This document shows, piece by piece, positions 52,019 through 61,785 of a DNA stretch of 64,000 nt. Numbering within the stretch: the stretch's first letter is position 1; every line of letters starts with the position of its first letter. This DNA is from Solirubrobacteraceae bacterium (GTDB taxonomy: Bacteria > Actinomycetota > Thermoleophilia > Solirubrobacterales > Solirubrobacteraceae). The stretch is from assembly GCA_035551795.1 (NCBI GenBank), contig DASZMP010000088.1:350-64349 (forward strand), given 5' to 3'. A model generated the notes under the pieces. It saw only the letters and a list, made by a program, of their open reading frames with translations, did not search any database and had not been told where the DNA came from. Made by a program: the position numbers and the translations under genes.

Positions 52019-52140
52019 ACGGCCGCGATCGGGGTCCGGAGGGGCGATGCTTGGTCCGGAGGGCGGTCAGCTTGGTCCCCGAGCGCGCAAACCGGACGCG
52101 CACGTGGCGAATTGCGCGCCCAGGGCCCTCCCGGGCGGGA

Positions 52141-52830
52141 TCAGGCCTGGATGCCCCCGCCGTCCATGATCAGGGTCTGCCCGTTGACGGCCGCCGCCGC
52201 ATCCGAGGCCAGGTAAACCACCGCGGCCGCCACCTCGTCTGGACGGAGCAGCCGATTCAGGGGCGAGAGCCGCTCCAGCGACCTCCTCGCCTCATCGGCG
52301 GTCCGCCCGGTGGCGTCGACGATGCGCTCGACGGAGCGCTCGGTCAGCTCGGTGTCCACAAACGAAGGGCACACGGCGTTGGCCCGCACGCCGGTGCCGG
52401 CGACCTCGGCGGCGATCGCGCGGGTCAGCCCGACGGCGGCGTGCTTGGAAGCGGTGTAGGCGGCGGTGTACGGCGCTCCGGACAATCCCGCCGTCGAGGC
52501 GACCGTAACGATCACCCCCTCATCGCGGTCCACCATCCCCGGCAGCACCGCCCGAGCGCACAGAAACACCCCAGTCGCATTGACTGCCAAATGGTGTTGC
52601 CAGGCAACCAGCGTGGTCCGATCCAGCGGCGCACTAACCGCGACCCCGGCGTTGTTCACCAGCACGTCCACGACTCCCAGCCCCGCGAACACGTCGTTCA
52701 CCGCCGCCTCGTCGGTGACTTCGAGATCGGCATGGGACAGCGCCACCACGTCGTCGCCCAGCCGTTCGAAGGCAAGCGACGTCGCCCATCCGATCCCCCG
52801 CCCCGCCCCCGTGACCACAACGCGCCTCAT
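52141..52830 (-). CDS. SDR (3-hydroxyacyl-CoA dehydrogenase-like, abm cluster)
   Basis: TGAGRGIG, NNAG, YTASKHA, NAVCPSFVDT. Confidence 0.85.
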   Translation of the reverse strand: MRRVVVTGAGRGIGWATSLAFERLGDDVVALSHADLEVTDEAAVNDVFAGLGVVDVLVNNAGVAVSAPLDRTTLVAWQHHLAVNATGVFLCARAVLPGMVDRDEGVIVTVASTAGLSGAPYTAAYTASKHAAVGLTRAIAAEVAGTGVRANAVCPSFVDTELTERSVERIVDATGRTADEARRSLERLSPLNRLLRPDEVAAAVVYLASDAAAAVNGQTLIMDGGGIQA

Positions 52831-53945
52831 CGGCCGAACAGGGACCGGGCGATGATCTCGCGCTGGATCTCGGATGCGCCCTCGTAGATGCGAGGCGCGC
52901 GTACGTCGCGGTACAGATGCTCCAGAGCATGACCAACTTCCAACCCGCTGGCCCCGTGCACCTGCACGGCGGCGTCCACCGCCGCCTGCGCGGTCTCGGT
53001 GGCCAGCAGCTTGGCCATGGCAGCCAGCGCCCGGTCCGGCCGGCCGGCGTCATGAGCCGCGGCGGCCTGGTGGACGAGCAGCCGGGCCGCGTGGGTGCGC
53101 GCGGTCAACTCGGCCAGCCGGTGACTGACGGCCTGATTGGCCGACAGCGGCCGCCCGAAGGCCTGGCGCCGCCCGGCGTGCTCCACCGCCAGGTCGAGTG
53201 CCGCCCGGGCCATGCCGACGGCGAAGGCGCCCACGCTCGGGCGGAACAGATCGAGAGTGCGCATGGCCACCTTGAAGCCCTCGCCGGGCGCGCCCAACCG
53301 GTGGTCGTCCGGCACGAGGACCTCGTCGAATTCCAGGCTGCCGATCGCGTGGGGAGCCAGCATCTGCCTGGCCTCACCGGTCAGGCCGGACGCATCGCCC
53401 GGCACGGCAAACGCGGTGATTCCTTCCGGAGCGCGCGCGAAGACGGTGTAGATGTCGGCCTCGGGGGCGTTGGAGATCCACAGCTTGCGGCCGGTCAACC
53501 GGTGACCGCCGCGCTCGGGATCGGGGTCGGCCCGCAGTGAGAGCGCGGCCACATCCGATCCCGCCTCGGGCTCGGTGAGCGCGAAGGCGGCGACCGCGTC
53601 GCCGCTGGCCACAGCCGGAATCCACCGCTCGATCACGGCCGAGGAACCGGCCTGCAGGATCGGATAGGCGCCCAGGCCCTGGAGGGCGAAGGCCGTCTCG
53701 GCCTCGGTGCAGCCACGGGCCAAGGCCTCGCGAATCAGGCACAGATCCATGGCCTGCAGTTGGTCATCGGCGAACAGCCGGGACAGTAGGCCGCTGTCCG
53801 CCAGGCCCCGGATGAGCCGACGATTGACGACCCCGGGCGTCCCTGCGTCGGCCAGCTCTCTGAGCGGCCCAGCCGCCACGGTGCGCGAGGTCTCGTACAA
53901 CTCTCGCTGCTCGGCGGATAGGTGGAGGTCGAGTACGTCGCTCAC
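52827..53945 (-). CDS. Acyl-CoA dehydrogenase
   Basis: AFALTEPEAGSD, KLWISNA, RRQAFG, RIYEGASEIQ. Confidence 0.92.
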   Translation of the reverse strand: MSDVLDLHLSAEQRELYETSRTVAAGPLRELADAGTPGVVNRRLIRGLADSGLLSRLFADDQLQAMDLCLIREALARGCTEAETAFALQGLGAYPILQAGSSAVIERWIPAVASGDAVAAFALTEPEAGSDVAALSLRADPDPERGGHRLTGRKLWISNAPEADIYTVFARAPEGITAFAVPGDASGLTGEARQMLAPHAIGSLEFDEVLVPDDHRLGAPGEGFKVAMRTLDLFRPSVGAFAVGMARAALDLAVEHAGRRQAFGRPLSANQAVSHRLAELTARTHAARLLVHQAAAAHDAGRPDRALAAMAKLLATETAQAAVDAAVQVHGASGLEVGHALEHLYRDVRAPRIYEGASEIQREIIARSLFGR

Positions 53946-54313
53946 CGGTCGATGACCGCGACGCCCATCAGCTCGACCAGCGCCTCGGGCTCGAACAGCT
54001 CGGTGACGCCGAACAGACCCATCGCCGGATAGTGGCGCCCGCAGTGACGCCGCCAGATCTGCCCCAGCTCCTTGACCGCCCCCCGGTAGGCCGGAACATC
54101 GGTGACGAAGACCTGCAGCGAAACCAGGTCATCCGGGTCCCCGCCGGCGGCCCGCAGGGCGGTGAGCAGCCGGCTGAGCGCGTCGGCGAACTGCTCGGCC
54201 AGGTCCTGGCCCTTCCCCGTCTGCCCGGCCAGGTAGACGGTGGTGCCCGCCCGCACGGCATGGGAAAAACCGGTCGGCGCGCCGAGCTCTGGCGGGTTGA
54301 TGATCTCGTTCAC
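53942..54313 (-). CDS. RidA/YjgF family protein
   Basis: PTGFSHAV, YLAGQ, HYPAM, LVELMG. The GTG overlaps the ECH stop. Confidence 0.85.
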   Translation of the reverse strand: MNEIINPPELGAPTGFSHAVRAGTTVYLAGQTGKGQDLAEQFADALSRLLTALRAAGGDPDDLVSLQVFVTDVPAYRGAVKELGQIWRRHCGRHYPAMGLFGVTELFEPEALVELMGVAVIDR

Positions 54314-55101
54314 CGGCCGCTCCAGGCCGGCTGGCGCTTCTCCCGCCAGGCCCGGTAGAACTCGGCAAAGTCCTCGCTCTTCATCAGGTGGGCCTGAACG
54401 ACCGCCTCGAGCTCGATCGCCCCGCCCAGGTCGCTGTCGAGCTCCCGCGTCAGGGCCGTCTTGGTGGCCTTCAACGCCAGCGCCGGCCCGTCGGCCAGGC
54501 GACGTGCCAGCTTTTGCGCTCTGCCGGGCAGCTCCGCGTCCTCCACCACCTGCGTGGCCAGGCCGATCTCCAGCGCCCGCTCCGCTGAGACCCGGTCCCC
54601 GAGCATCAGCAACTCGGTGGCCCTGCCCAGGCCGACAAGCCTGGGCAGGAGGTAGGCCGAGCCCATGTCGGCCCCCGCCAGGCCGACGCGCGTGAACAGG
54701 AACGCGAACGAGGCCGAGCGGGCGAGGAGGCGGAAGTCGGAGGCCAGGGCGATCACCGAACCGGCGCCCGCGGCCACTCCGTTGACGGCCGCCACCACCG
54801 GCTGCGGGCACTCCCGCAGCGCCCGGGTGACCGCGCCCGTCATCCGCGTGAACTCCAGGAGCTCGCCCGCCTCGCGCCCCACCAGCTGGCCGATGATCTC
54901 CTCCACGTCGCCGCCCGAGCAGAACCCCCGGCCCTCGCCGGTGATCACGATCACGTTCGCCGCCGGCGTGTGGGCGAGCTCCGTAAGCCGGTCACGCAGC
55001 TCGGCGTAGATCTCGAACGTCAGGGCGTTCAGCCGCTCCGGACGATTGAACGTGATCGTCGCCACGCCGTCGCGCAGGTCGTGGCGCAGCGAGTCGCTCA
55101 T
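54310..55101 (-). CDS. Enoyl-CoA hydratase family protein
   Basis: [29 protein letters not shown]. Confidence 0.9.
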   Translation of the reverse strand: MSDSLRHDLRDGVATITFNRPERLNALTFEIYAELRDRLTELAHTPAANVIVITGEGRGFCSGGDVEEIIGQLVGREAGELLEFTRMTGAVTRALRECPQPVVAAVNGVAAGAGSVIALASDFRLLARSASFAFLFTRVGLAGADMGSAYLLPRLVGLGRATELLMLGDRVSAERALEIGLATQVVEDAELPGRAQKLARRLADGPALALKATKTALTRELDSDLGGAIELEAVVQAHLMKSEDFAEFYRAWREKRQPAWSGR

Positions 55102-55154
55102 CGGCGCTTCAGCCTATTCAACCCGCCCGTGCGACGTGTAGTTTGGCTCACCTC

Positions 55155-57425
55155 ATGCGCATTGCCGTCGTCGGTGGCGGGCCCGCCGGTCTCTACTTCT
55201 CGATTCTGCTGCGCCGGGTGCACCCAGACTGGGAGGTGACCGTGCTGGACCGCCGCGGGCCGGCGGACGCGTTCGGGTTCGGCGTCGTGTTCTCCGACGA
55301 GACGCTCGCCGTGTTCGAGCACGCCGATCCGGAGAGTCACGCCGCGATCGTCCGCCAGTTCGTGCACTGGACCGGCATCGACATCCACCATCGTGGCCGG
55401 GTCATCCGCTCTGGCGGCCACGGCTTCTCGGCGCTCGGCCGCCGCGAGCTGCTGGGGATCCTCCAGGAGCGAGCGCTGGAGTTGGGCGCCGACGTGCACT
55501 TCCACACGGAGGCACCTGCACGGGATGACCTCGACTGGGCGGATCTGATCGTCGGCGCGGACGGGGTCGGGAGCGCGGTTCGGACCGCGCTGGCTGACCA
55601 TTTCGAGCCGACCCTCGACCCCCGCCGGTGCCGCTACATCTGGCTGGGCACGGACCGGGTATGGGACGCGTTCAAGTTCTTCATCGTCGAGAGCGAGCAC
55701 GGGGTCCTGCAGGCACACGCCTATCCCTACAACGAACGGATGAGCACATTCATCGTCGAGTGCCCGGAGGAGGTGTGGCGGGCGTCCGGGTTCGACACCG
55801 GCGAGCGCATCGACGACCTCCAGCGCCTGTTCGCCGACGCGCTCGAGGGACACCGCCTGGCCTCGAACCAGTCGCGCTGGATCAACTTCACCACCGTGCG
55901 CAACCACCGCTGGTCGGTGGGCAACGTGGTGCTGGTCGGAGATGCCGCCCACACGGCCCACTTCTCCATCGGCTCGGGCACCAAGCTGGCCATGGAGGAC
56001 GCCGCCGCGCTGGCGTGGGCGCTGCGAGGGCACGGCGAGGATCTCATCCACGCACTGCACTCCTACGAGGCCGAGCGCCGGCCGGTCGTCGAGAGCACGC
56101 AACGCGCCGCCCAGGGCTCGCTCGAATGGTTCGAGGACGTGGGACGCTACGTCGACCAGCCCCAGCTGCAGTTCGCGTTCAACCTGCTGACGCGCAGCCG
56201 GCGCGTGACCTACGACAACCTGCGCCTGCGTGATCCGGGGTTCGTGGCCGAGGCGGACGAGGAGTTCGGGTGCGCGCCCCGGCCGCCCATGTTCCACCCG
56301 CTGCGCCTGCGCTCGCTGGAGCTTCCCAACCGCGTGGTCGTCTCGCCGATGGACATGTACTCGGCGGTGGACGGCACGCCGAGCGACTTCCACCTCGTGC
56401 ATCTGGGCGCCCGCTCGCTGAGCGGCGCCGGGCTCGTGATGACCGAGATGATCTGTGTGTCGGACATCGGGCGCATCACCCCTGGTTGCGCGGGGATGTA
56501 CCGGGCCGAGCACGCCGACGCGTGGGCGCGGATTGTCCGCTTCGCCCACGGCCACGGCAACTGCGCGATCGGTGCCCAGCTGGGGCATTCGGGACGCAAG
56601 GGATCCACGAAGCTGATGTGGGAGGGGATCGACGAGCCGCTACCGGACGGCAACTGGCCGGTGATCGCGCCCTCGCCGCTGCCCTACGGCGAATCCAACC
56701 AGGCGCCCCGGGAGATGACCCGGCGCGACATGGAGACGGTGCTCGCCCAGTTCGTGGCCGCCACCGAGGCCGCCGCGGGCTGCGGGTTCGACCTGCTGGA
56801 GATCCACATGGCCCACGGGTATCTGCTGTCCAGCTTCCTCTCGCCGCTGAGCAACGTGCGCGGCGATGAGTACGGCGGCTCGCTGGCCGGCCGGACCCGT
56901 TTCCCGCTCGAGGTGTTCGATGCCTGCCGCTCCGCCTGGCCGGCGGACCGGCCGATGAGCGCGCGGATCTCCGCCACCGACTGGGTGCCCGGGGGCTTCG
57001 ACGCCGATGATGCGGTGGCCTTCGCGCGGATGCTGCGCGAGCACGGCTGCGACATCGTCGATGTCTCCTCCGGTCAGGTGACGCCGCTCGAGCGTCCCGC
57101 GTTCGGACGCACCTACCAGACGCCCTTTGCCGATCGCATCCGCAACGAGGTCGGCCTCCCGACGATCGCGGTGGGCGCGATCTCGAGCTACGACGACGTG
57201 AACACGATCGTGCTGGCCGGGCGGGCCGACCTGTGCGCCCTCGCCCGCCCCCACCTGTACGACCCGCACTGGACGCTGCACGCCGCTGCCGAGCAGGGAG
57301 TTGAGCTGGAATGGCCGGTCCAGTATCAGGCCGGATCGCGCAAGCCCCCGGCCGGGCGCGACCGGCTGCCACCCGAGATCGAGCGGGTCTTCGAGCCGGT
57401 GGCGCCGGCCCGCGTCCGCACTTGA
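55155..57425 (+). CDS. abmA: Anthraniloyl-CoA monooxygenase/reductase (bifunctional FAD hydroxylase + OYE domain)
   Basis: [43 protein letters not shown]-terminal OYE domain [16 protein letters not shown]. Confidence 0.88.
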   Translation: MRIAVVGGGPAGLYFSILLRRVHPDWEVTVLDRRGPADAFGFGVVFSDETLAVFEHADPESHAAIVRQFVHWTGIDIHHRGRVIRSGGHGFSALGRRELLGILQERALELGADVHFHTEAPARDDLDWADLIVGADGVGSAVRTALADHFEPTLDPRRCRYIWLGTDRVWDAFKFFIVESEHGVLQAHAYPYNERMSTFIVECPEEVWRASGFDTGERIDDLQRLFADALEGHRLASNQSRWINFTTVRNHRWSVGNVVLVGDAAHTAHFSIGSGTKLAMEDAAALAWALRGHGEDLIHALHSYEAERRPVVESTQRAAQGSLEWFEDVGRYVDQPQLQFAFNLLTRSRRVTYDNLRLRDPGFVAEADEEFGCAPRPPMFHPLRLRSLELPNRVVVSPMDMYSAVDGTPSDFHLVHLGARSLSGAGLVMTEMICVSDIGRITPGCAGMYRAEHADAWARIVRFAHGHGNCAIGAQLGHSGRKGSTKLMWEGIDEPLPDGNWPVIAPSPLPYGESNQAPREMTRRDMETVLAQFVAATEAAAGCGFDLLEIHMAHGYLLSSFLSPLSNVRGDEYGGSLAGRTRFPLEVFDACRSAWPADRPMSARISATDWVPGGFDADDAVAFARMLREHGCDIVDVSSGQVTPLERPAFGRTYQTPFADRIRNEVGLPTIAVGAISSYDDVNTIVLAGRADLCALARPHLYDPHWTLHAAAEQGVELEWPVQYQAGSRKPPAGRDRLPPEIERVFEPVAPARVRT

Positions 57426-57467
57426 CGGTCGCATAGGATCGCTGGGGACCGAGCGAGGGAGATCAGC

Positions 57468-58835
57468 ATGAGCGATGAAACGGTGAAATACGTCCTGAGC
57501 GAGCAGGAGATCCCCACCCACTGGATCAACCTCATGGCGGATCTCCCCGGGCCGCCGCCGCCCCCGCCGCTGCATCCGGGCACCAAGCAGCCCGCCGGAC
57601 CCGAGGATCTGGGGGCGATCTTCCCGATGGCCCTGATCCTCCAGGAGGTCTCGGCCGAGGCGAACATCGAGATTCCCGACCGGGTGCGGGACGTCTACAA
57701 GCTCTGGCGCCCGACGCCGCTTCACCGGGCTCGCCGTCTGGAGAAGGCGCTCGATACGCCGGCGCACATCTACTACAAGTACGAGGGCGTCTCCCCTGCC
57801 GGATCGCACAAGCCCAACACCGCGGTCGCCCAGGCCTACGAGAACGCCGAGGCGGGGATCCGCAAGCTCACGACGGAGACGGGAGCCGGTCAGTGGGGTT
57901 CCTCGCTGGCCTTTGCCTGCCGGCTGTTCGGGCTGGAGTGCGAGGTGTGGATGGTTGGCTCGAGCTACGACCAGAAACCGTACCGGCGATCGATGATGGA
58001 GACCTGGGGCGCCAGCGTGCACCGCTCGCCCTCTGACGTGACCGAGGCGGGCCGGTCCCAGGCCTCGCATCCCACCGGCTCGCTGGGCATCGCCATCTCC
58101 GAGGCCGTGGAGGTGGCCGCTCAGAACCCGGACACCAACTACTCGCTGGGCTCGGTGCTCAACCACGTGCTTTTGCACCAGACGGTGATTGGCCAGGAGG
58201 CGATCGCACAGATGGGCATGGCGGGCGAGGAGCCCGACGTGGTGGTCGGCTGCGTCGGGGGCGGATCGAACTTCGGCGGGCTCACCATCCCGTTCCTGCG
58301 CCGCGTCCTGCGCGATGGCGCGCGCACGCGGTTCGTCGCCGCCGAACCGGCCGCCTGCCCGACCCTGACGCGCGGCGTGTACGCCTACGACTTCGGCGAC
58401 ACGGTCGGCCTGACCCCGCTGATGCCGATGTACACGCTCGGCCACGATTTCGTCCCGCCCCCGGTGCACGCCGGCGGACTGCGCTACCACGGGGACTCGC
58501 CTCTGGTGTGCGGACTGGTCAAGGCGGGCCTGGTGGAGCCACGGGCCTACCGGCAGAACGAGACGTTCGAGGCCGCGGTGGGCTTCGCCCGGACCGAGGG
58601 GATCATCCCGGCGCCCGAGCCCGCGCATGCGATCAAGGCGGTGATGGAGGAGGCGGAGGCGGCGCGGGAGGCCGGCGAGCCGCGCGTCATCCTGTTCGGA
58701 CTGTGCGGCCACGGCAACTTCGACCTGAGCGCGTACGACGCCTACCTGGCGGGCCGGCTCGAGGACCCGGAGTTCTCCGAGGAGGATCTGCAGTCCGCGC
58801 TGGCCGGCCTTCCCGAAGCGCCGGCCCTCGCGTAG
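57468..58835 (+). CDS. trpB2: TrpB2 (TrpB-like PLP enzyme)
   Basis: [44 protein letters not shown]. Confidence 0.92.
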   Translation: MSDETVKYVLSEQEIPTHWINLMADLPGPPPPPPLHPGTKQPAGPEDLGAIFPMALILQEVSAEANIEIPDRVRDVYKLWRPTPLHRARRLEKALDTPAHIYYKYEGVSPAGSHKPNTAVAQAYENAEAGIRKLTTETGAGQWGSSLAFACRLFGLECEVWMVGSSYDQKPYRRSMMETWGASVHRSPSDVTEAGRSQASHPTGSLGIAISEAVEVAAQNPDTNYSLGSVLNHVLLHQTVIGQEAIAQMGMAGEEPDVVVGCVGGGSNFGGLTIPFLRRVLRDGARTRFVAAEPAACPTLTRGVYAYDFGDTVGLTPLMPMYTLGHDFVPPPVHAGGLRYHGDSPLVCGLVKAGLVEPRAYRQNETFEAAVGFARTEGIIPAPEPAHAIKAVMEEAEAAREAGEPRVILFGLCGHGNFDLSAYDAYLAGRLEDPEFSEEDLQSALAGLPEAPALA

Positions 58836-58842
58836 CCGAGCG

Positions 58843-60357
58843 GTGAGCGCCGCGCCGCACTTCGCTCTGCCGTCAATCGCCGCCGGGCCGGTCTCGCTGG
58901 ACGAGCTGATCGCCGAGCACCCGGCGCTGCTCGTGTTCGTCAGCCAGGAGTGCCCGACCTCGATGTTGACCATGCGGCGCCTGGCGCCGGCCCTGCCGGC
59001 GTTGCACGACGCGGGCGTGTCCGTGGCGGCCGTGTTCGCCGACCCGCTGGAGGTGGCGGCACGGACGGCCCGGAGGGTCGGGTTCACGGCCACCGTGCTC
59101 TCCGAGCCCTCCCCCTACGACGTCTCTGGCGCGTTTGATGTGCAGACCGTGCCCACCATCGTTCTCGTCGATCCGGGCCGGAAGATCCGCGGACGCGTGG
59201 CGGGATGGGATGCTGACGGGCTCCAGGCGCTGCTCGACCTGGCGGGGTCACACCCCGTGGTCCCGCCGCTCACCCGGGAGCCCCCGCTGCGCAAGCCCGG
59301 CTGCGCCGCCAAATGCACGCTTGATCCCGAGCTCATGGCCCGCGTCGATGCGGCCTCCGCGTCCGATGACCTGGAGGAGATGTTCGAGCGGGGCTGGACG
59401 GATGGCCTGCCCGTGGTGCCGCCGACCGCAGAGCGCGTGGAGGCGATGCTGGGCGGCCGGGACGGCACGGAATCTCTCGGTCCCGTTCCACCTGGACAGG
59501 GCGAGGCCACGCTCGCCCGCGTCGCCGCCTGCGCGGTGCTGGCCGGTTGCCGCCCCGAATACTTTCCGGTCGTCCTGGCGGCCGCCCGTGCCGCCCTGAG
59601 ACCCGAGTTCAATCTCAACGGACAGGCGGTCACCACCCAGCCTGCCGGCCAGCTGGTGATCGTCAACGGACCGGCCCGCGAGCTCCTGGAGCTGAACGGC
59701 GGCATCGGCGCGCTCGGTCCAGGCCGGCGGGCGAACCTGACGATCGGCCGCGCGCTGCGGCTGCTCATCAGTCTCACCGGGGAGGGCTATCCCGGCCGGC
59801 TGGACCGCTCCACCCTCGGTCATCCCGGAAAGCTGGGGTTCTGCGTCGCCGAGGACGAGGAGGTCAGCCCGTGGGAGCCGTTTCACGTGGAGCGCGGCTA
59901 CGACGCCGGCCAGTCCGTGGTGACCGTGATCGCCTGCGATGCGCCGCTGTCGATCTCCGATCACCGCAGCACGACGCCCGAGGAGCTGACCCGGGTGCTG
60001 GGCTGGGCCGCCGCGGCGACCTGGAGCCCGAACTGGTGGCCGCTCGGAGCGCCGTCGCTGTTCGTCATCTGCCCCGAGCACGCCGAGATGTTCCGTGGCG
60101 CGGGGTGGGACAAGGACCGCGTGCGCCAGGAGATGTTCACCGCCGTGCGCCGGCCGGCTGGAGAACTGCGCTGGGGAGAGACGACACCCCAGGTCCTGGG
60201 CGCCCGCGACGAGGAGATGATCCCCAAGTGGTCGGCGCCCCAGGACATCCTTCTGCTCGTCGCCGGCGGTGAGGCGGGCAGATACTCCGCCGTCCTGGGA
60301 CCATGTACCGGTATGGGTGAGCAGATCGTCTCTGAGGAGGTGCGATGGACCTCGTAA
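58843..60357 (+). CDS. Thioredoxin/peroxiredoxin-fold (CPTS) domain fused to a WTDGLPVVPPT domain
   Basis: N-terminal LLVFVSQECPTS...VQTVPTIVLV (cis-Pro), linker KPGCAAKC, then GWTDGLPVVPPT, AVLAGC, RANLTIGRA, LGHPGK. Confidence 0.75.
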   Translation: MSAAPHFALPSIAAGPVSLDELIAEHPALLVFVSQECPTSMLTMRRLAPALPALHDAGVSVAAVFADPLEVAARTARRVGFTATVLSEPSPYDVSGAFDVQTVPTIVLVDPGRKIRGRVAGWDADGLQALLDLAGSHPVVPPLTREPPLRKPGCAAKCTLDPELMARVDAASASDDLEEMFERGWTDGLPVVPPTAERVEAMLGGRDGTESLGPVPPGQGEATLARVAACAVLAGCRPEYFPVVLAAARAALRPEFNLNGQAVTTQPAGQLVIVNGPARELLELNGGIGALGPGRRANLTIGRALRLLISLTGEGYPGRLDRSTLGHPGKLGFCVAEDEEVSPWEPFHVERGYDAGQSVVTVIACDAPLSISDHRSTTPEELTRVLGWAAAATWSPNWWPLGAPSLFVICPEHAEMFRGAGWDKDRVRQEMFTAVRRPAGELRWGETTPQVLGARDEEMIPKWSAPQDILLLVAGGEAGRYSAVLGPCTGMGEQIVSEEVRWTS

Positions 60358-60857
60358 GTCCGTTTGACGACCGGCGGCGGCTCCCCGAGCCCCTGGCACC
60401 TCGTCCCGAGGCACTGGCTGGGCGCCTGGTGGCCTTGCTCGATATCAACAAGCGCCAGGGAGCGCAGTTCCTTGACCGGATCGAGGCCCATCTCCACAAG
60501 GCTGGCGCGCAGACGTTCCGGCTTACCAAGGAGATCTTCTCCAAGCCGGCGGAGCCGGAGATCATCCGAAGGATCGCCAACCGGGGGGATCTGGCGGTGG
60601 AGGGACTGGCCGACTGAGGCTCCTGTACGTCGTGCAGTGTGCACGACATGGTTCGTCTGGAGCGGCTGGGAGTGGCGACCGCCGCGATCGCCACGGAGCC
60701 ATTCGTGGATGAGGCACTCGAGCAGGCCCGCGTGCTGGCCATGCCTGACTACCGGATGGTCTACATCCCCCACCCGGTGCAGCTGCTGAGCGTGAAAGAT
60801 CTGCACGCCCTGGCCGACCGGTCGTGGCCGGAGATCATGGCGCGGCTCACCACCTGA
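60345..60857 (+). CDS. UGSC-motif selenoprotein (Sec at codon 91 by UGA readthrough), 170 aa
   Basis: ORFs 60345-60617 and 60639-60857 share one frame. The junction reads EGLAD-TGA-GSCTSCSVHD, and a hairpin follows the UGA. Confidence 0.85.
60618..60651 (+). promoter_or_regulatory. Putative bacterial SECIS element
   Basis: GTCGTGCA-GTG-TGCACGAC (60629-60647). The G-initiated apical loop starts 19 nt after the UGA. Confidence 0.65.
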
Positions 60858-60870
60858 CCAGCGGGCGGCC

Positions 60871-60902
60871 GGTCCGGCCCGTGTCGCCCCACGGGCCGGA
60901 CC
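60871..60902. terminator. Hairpin between convergent genes
   Basis: GGTCCGGCCCGTG-TCGCCC-CACGGGCCGGACC, 13-bp stem. Confidence 0.6.
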
Positions 60903-60911
60903 AACGAGCGC

Positions 60912-61544
60912 TCAGCCTCGGGCGAAGGGATCCAGGTAGACGTCGTCCACCTGCCACTTGCCGAGGCTGTCGGCGGGCGCGAACCGGAACGCGATCGCCG
61001 TCTGATTCAGGGACAGCGTGGCCAGCAGGTTGCTGAGCAGCAGCGTCATCTTGGGAGACGGCTCCCAGCTGCTCGTGCCGGTGAGCGACCCGATCTTGGC
61101 GGTGCTCACGCCCCCCAGAAGCCCGGGGTAGAGCGCCTGCACGGTCAGGTGTGAGGAGCCCGAGCCCGCGTTCCTGACGAACAGACGAAGGGTCGGGTGG
61201 TAGATGTCGGTGCAGGACGCGAGGCTGGTCGCCGAGCTGCCTGAGGGAAGGGACAGTGAGCGGGAGTTGGTGCGCGAGCCCACGTAGAAGGTCTCGTTCC
61301 CCGAGGTGGTCGTCGCGCCGCCGGTCAGCAGCCACGGGACCGCGCCGGACTCGAAGCTGCCTCCGGGCACAGGGGTGTAGTTGCTGGTATCGCCCCACTG
61401 GGCGAACAGCTGTGACTCCGGCTGATTGCCGCATGCGCCCGGCAGCAGCGAGAAGATGCTGGCCTGTGTCCCGCCGGCCAGGAGTCCGCCGACCGCCAGG
61501 GCGGACACGGCGCTCAACGCCGCGAGCCTGATCCTGAGTGCCAT
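60912..61544 (-). CDS. Secreted hypothetical protein (probable beta-sandwich)
   Basis: Signal peptide ending TQA, GAGGGGG RBS, GSFESG..W, and C-terminal WQVDDVYLDPF. Confidence 0.75.
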   Translation of the reverse strand: MALRIRLAALSAVSALAVGGLLAGGTQASIFSLLPGACGNQPESQLFAQWGDTSNYTPVPGGSFESGAVPWLLTGGATTTSGNETFYVGSRTNSRSLSLPSGSSATSLASCTDIYHPTLRLFVRNAGSGSSHLTVQALYPGLLGGVSTAKIGSLTGTSSWEPSPKMTLLLSNLLATLSLNQTAIAFRFAPADSLGKWQVDDVYLDPFARG

Positions 61545-61599
61545 TTGTAGTTCCCCCTCATCGTTGTGGCCTCCACCCTGCGTGGGAGCCGTGACGAGG

Positions 61600-61680
61600 G
61601 GCTGGCAACCGAGCTATCTCGCCTCGGCGAGACCTCTGGCTTTGCGTCCCCGCTTCGCAGCGAGTTTGCCGTGGGCAGCC
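61600..61680 (-). ncRNA. Cyclic di-GMP-I (GEMM) riboswitch
   Basis: Minus strand GGCTG..GGCAAACTCGCT-GCGA-AGCGGGGACGCAAAGCCAGAGGTCT...GATAGCTCGGTTGCCAGCC. It has the GGCAAAC, GNRA loop, GACGCAAAGC and GTTGCC hallmarks and a GGCUG/CAGCC P1. Confidence 0.9.
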
Positions 61681-61785
61681 CCTATGTATGTGTGATCTCC
61701 CGTCGGTCGCGCTGGAGCACCAATTGACCACAAACTAGAAATCTGGACGGGTGTTCTAGGGCTGCCCGGTCACCGGGCGGTTCCT

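Noticed and set aside
60639..60857. Separate 72-aa gene, or a nonsense pseudogene
   Set aside because: Better explained as the C-terminal half of the UGA-readthrough selenoprotein.
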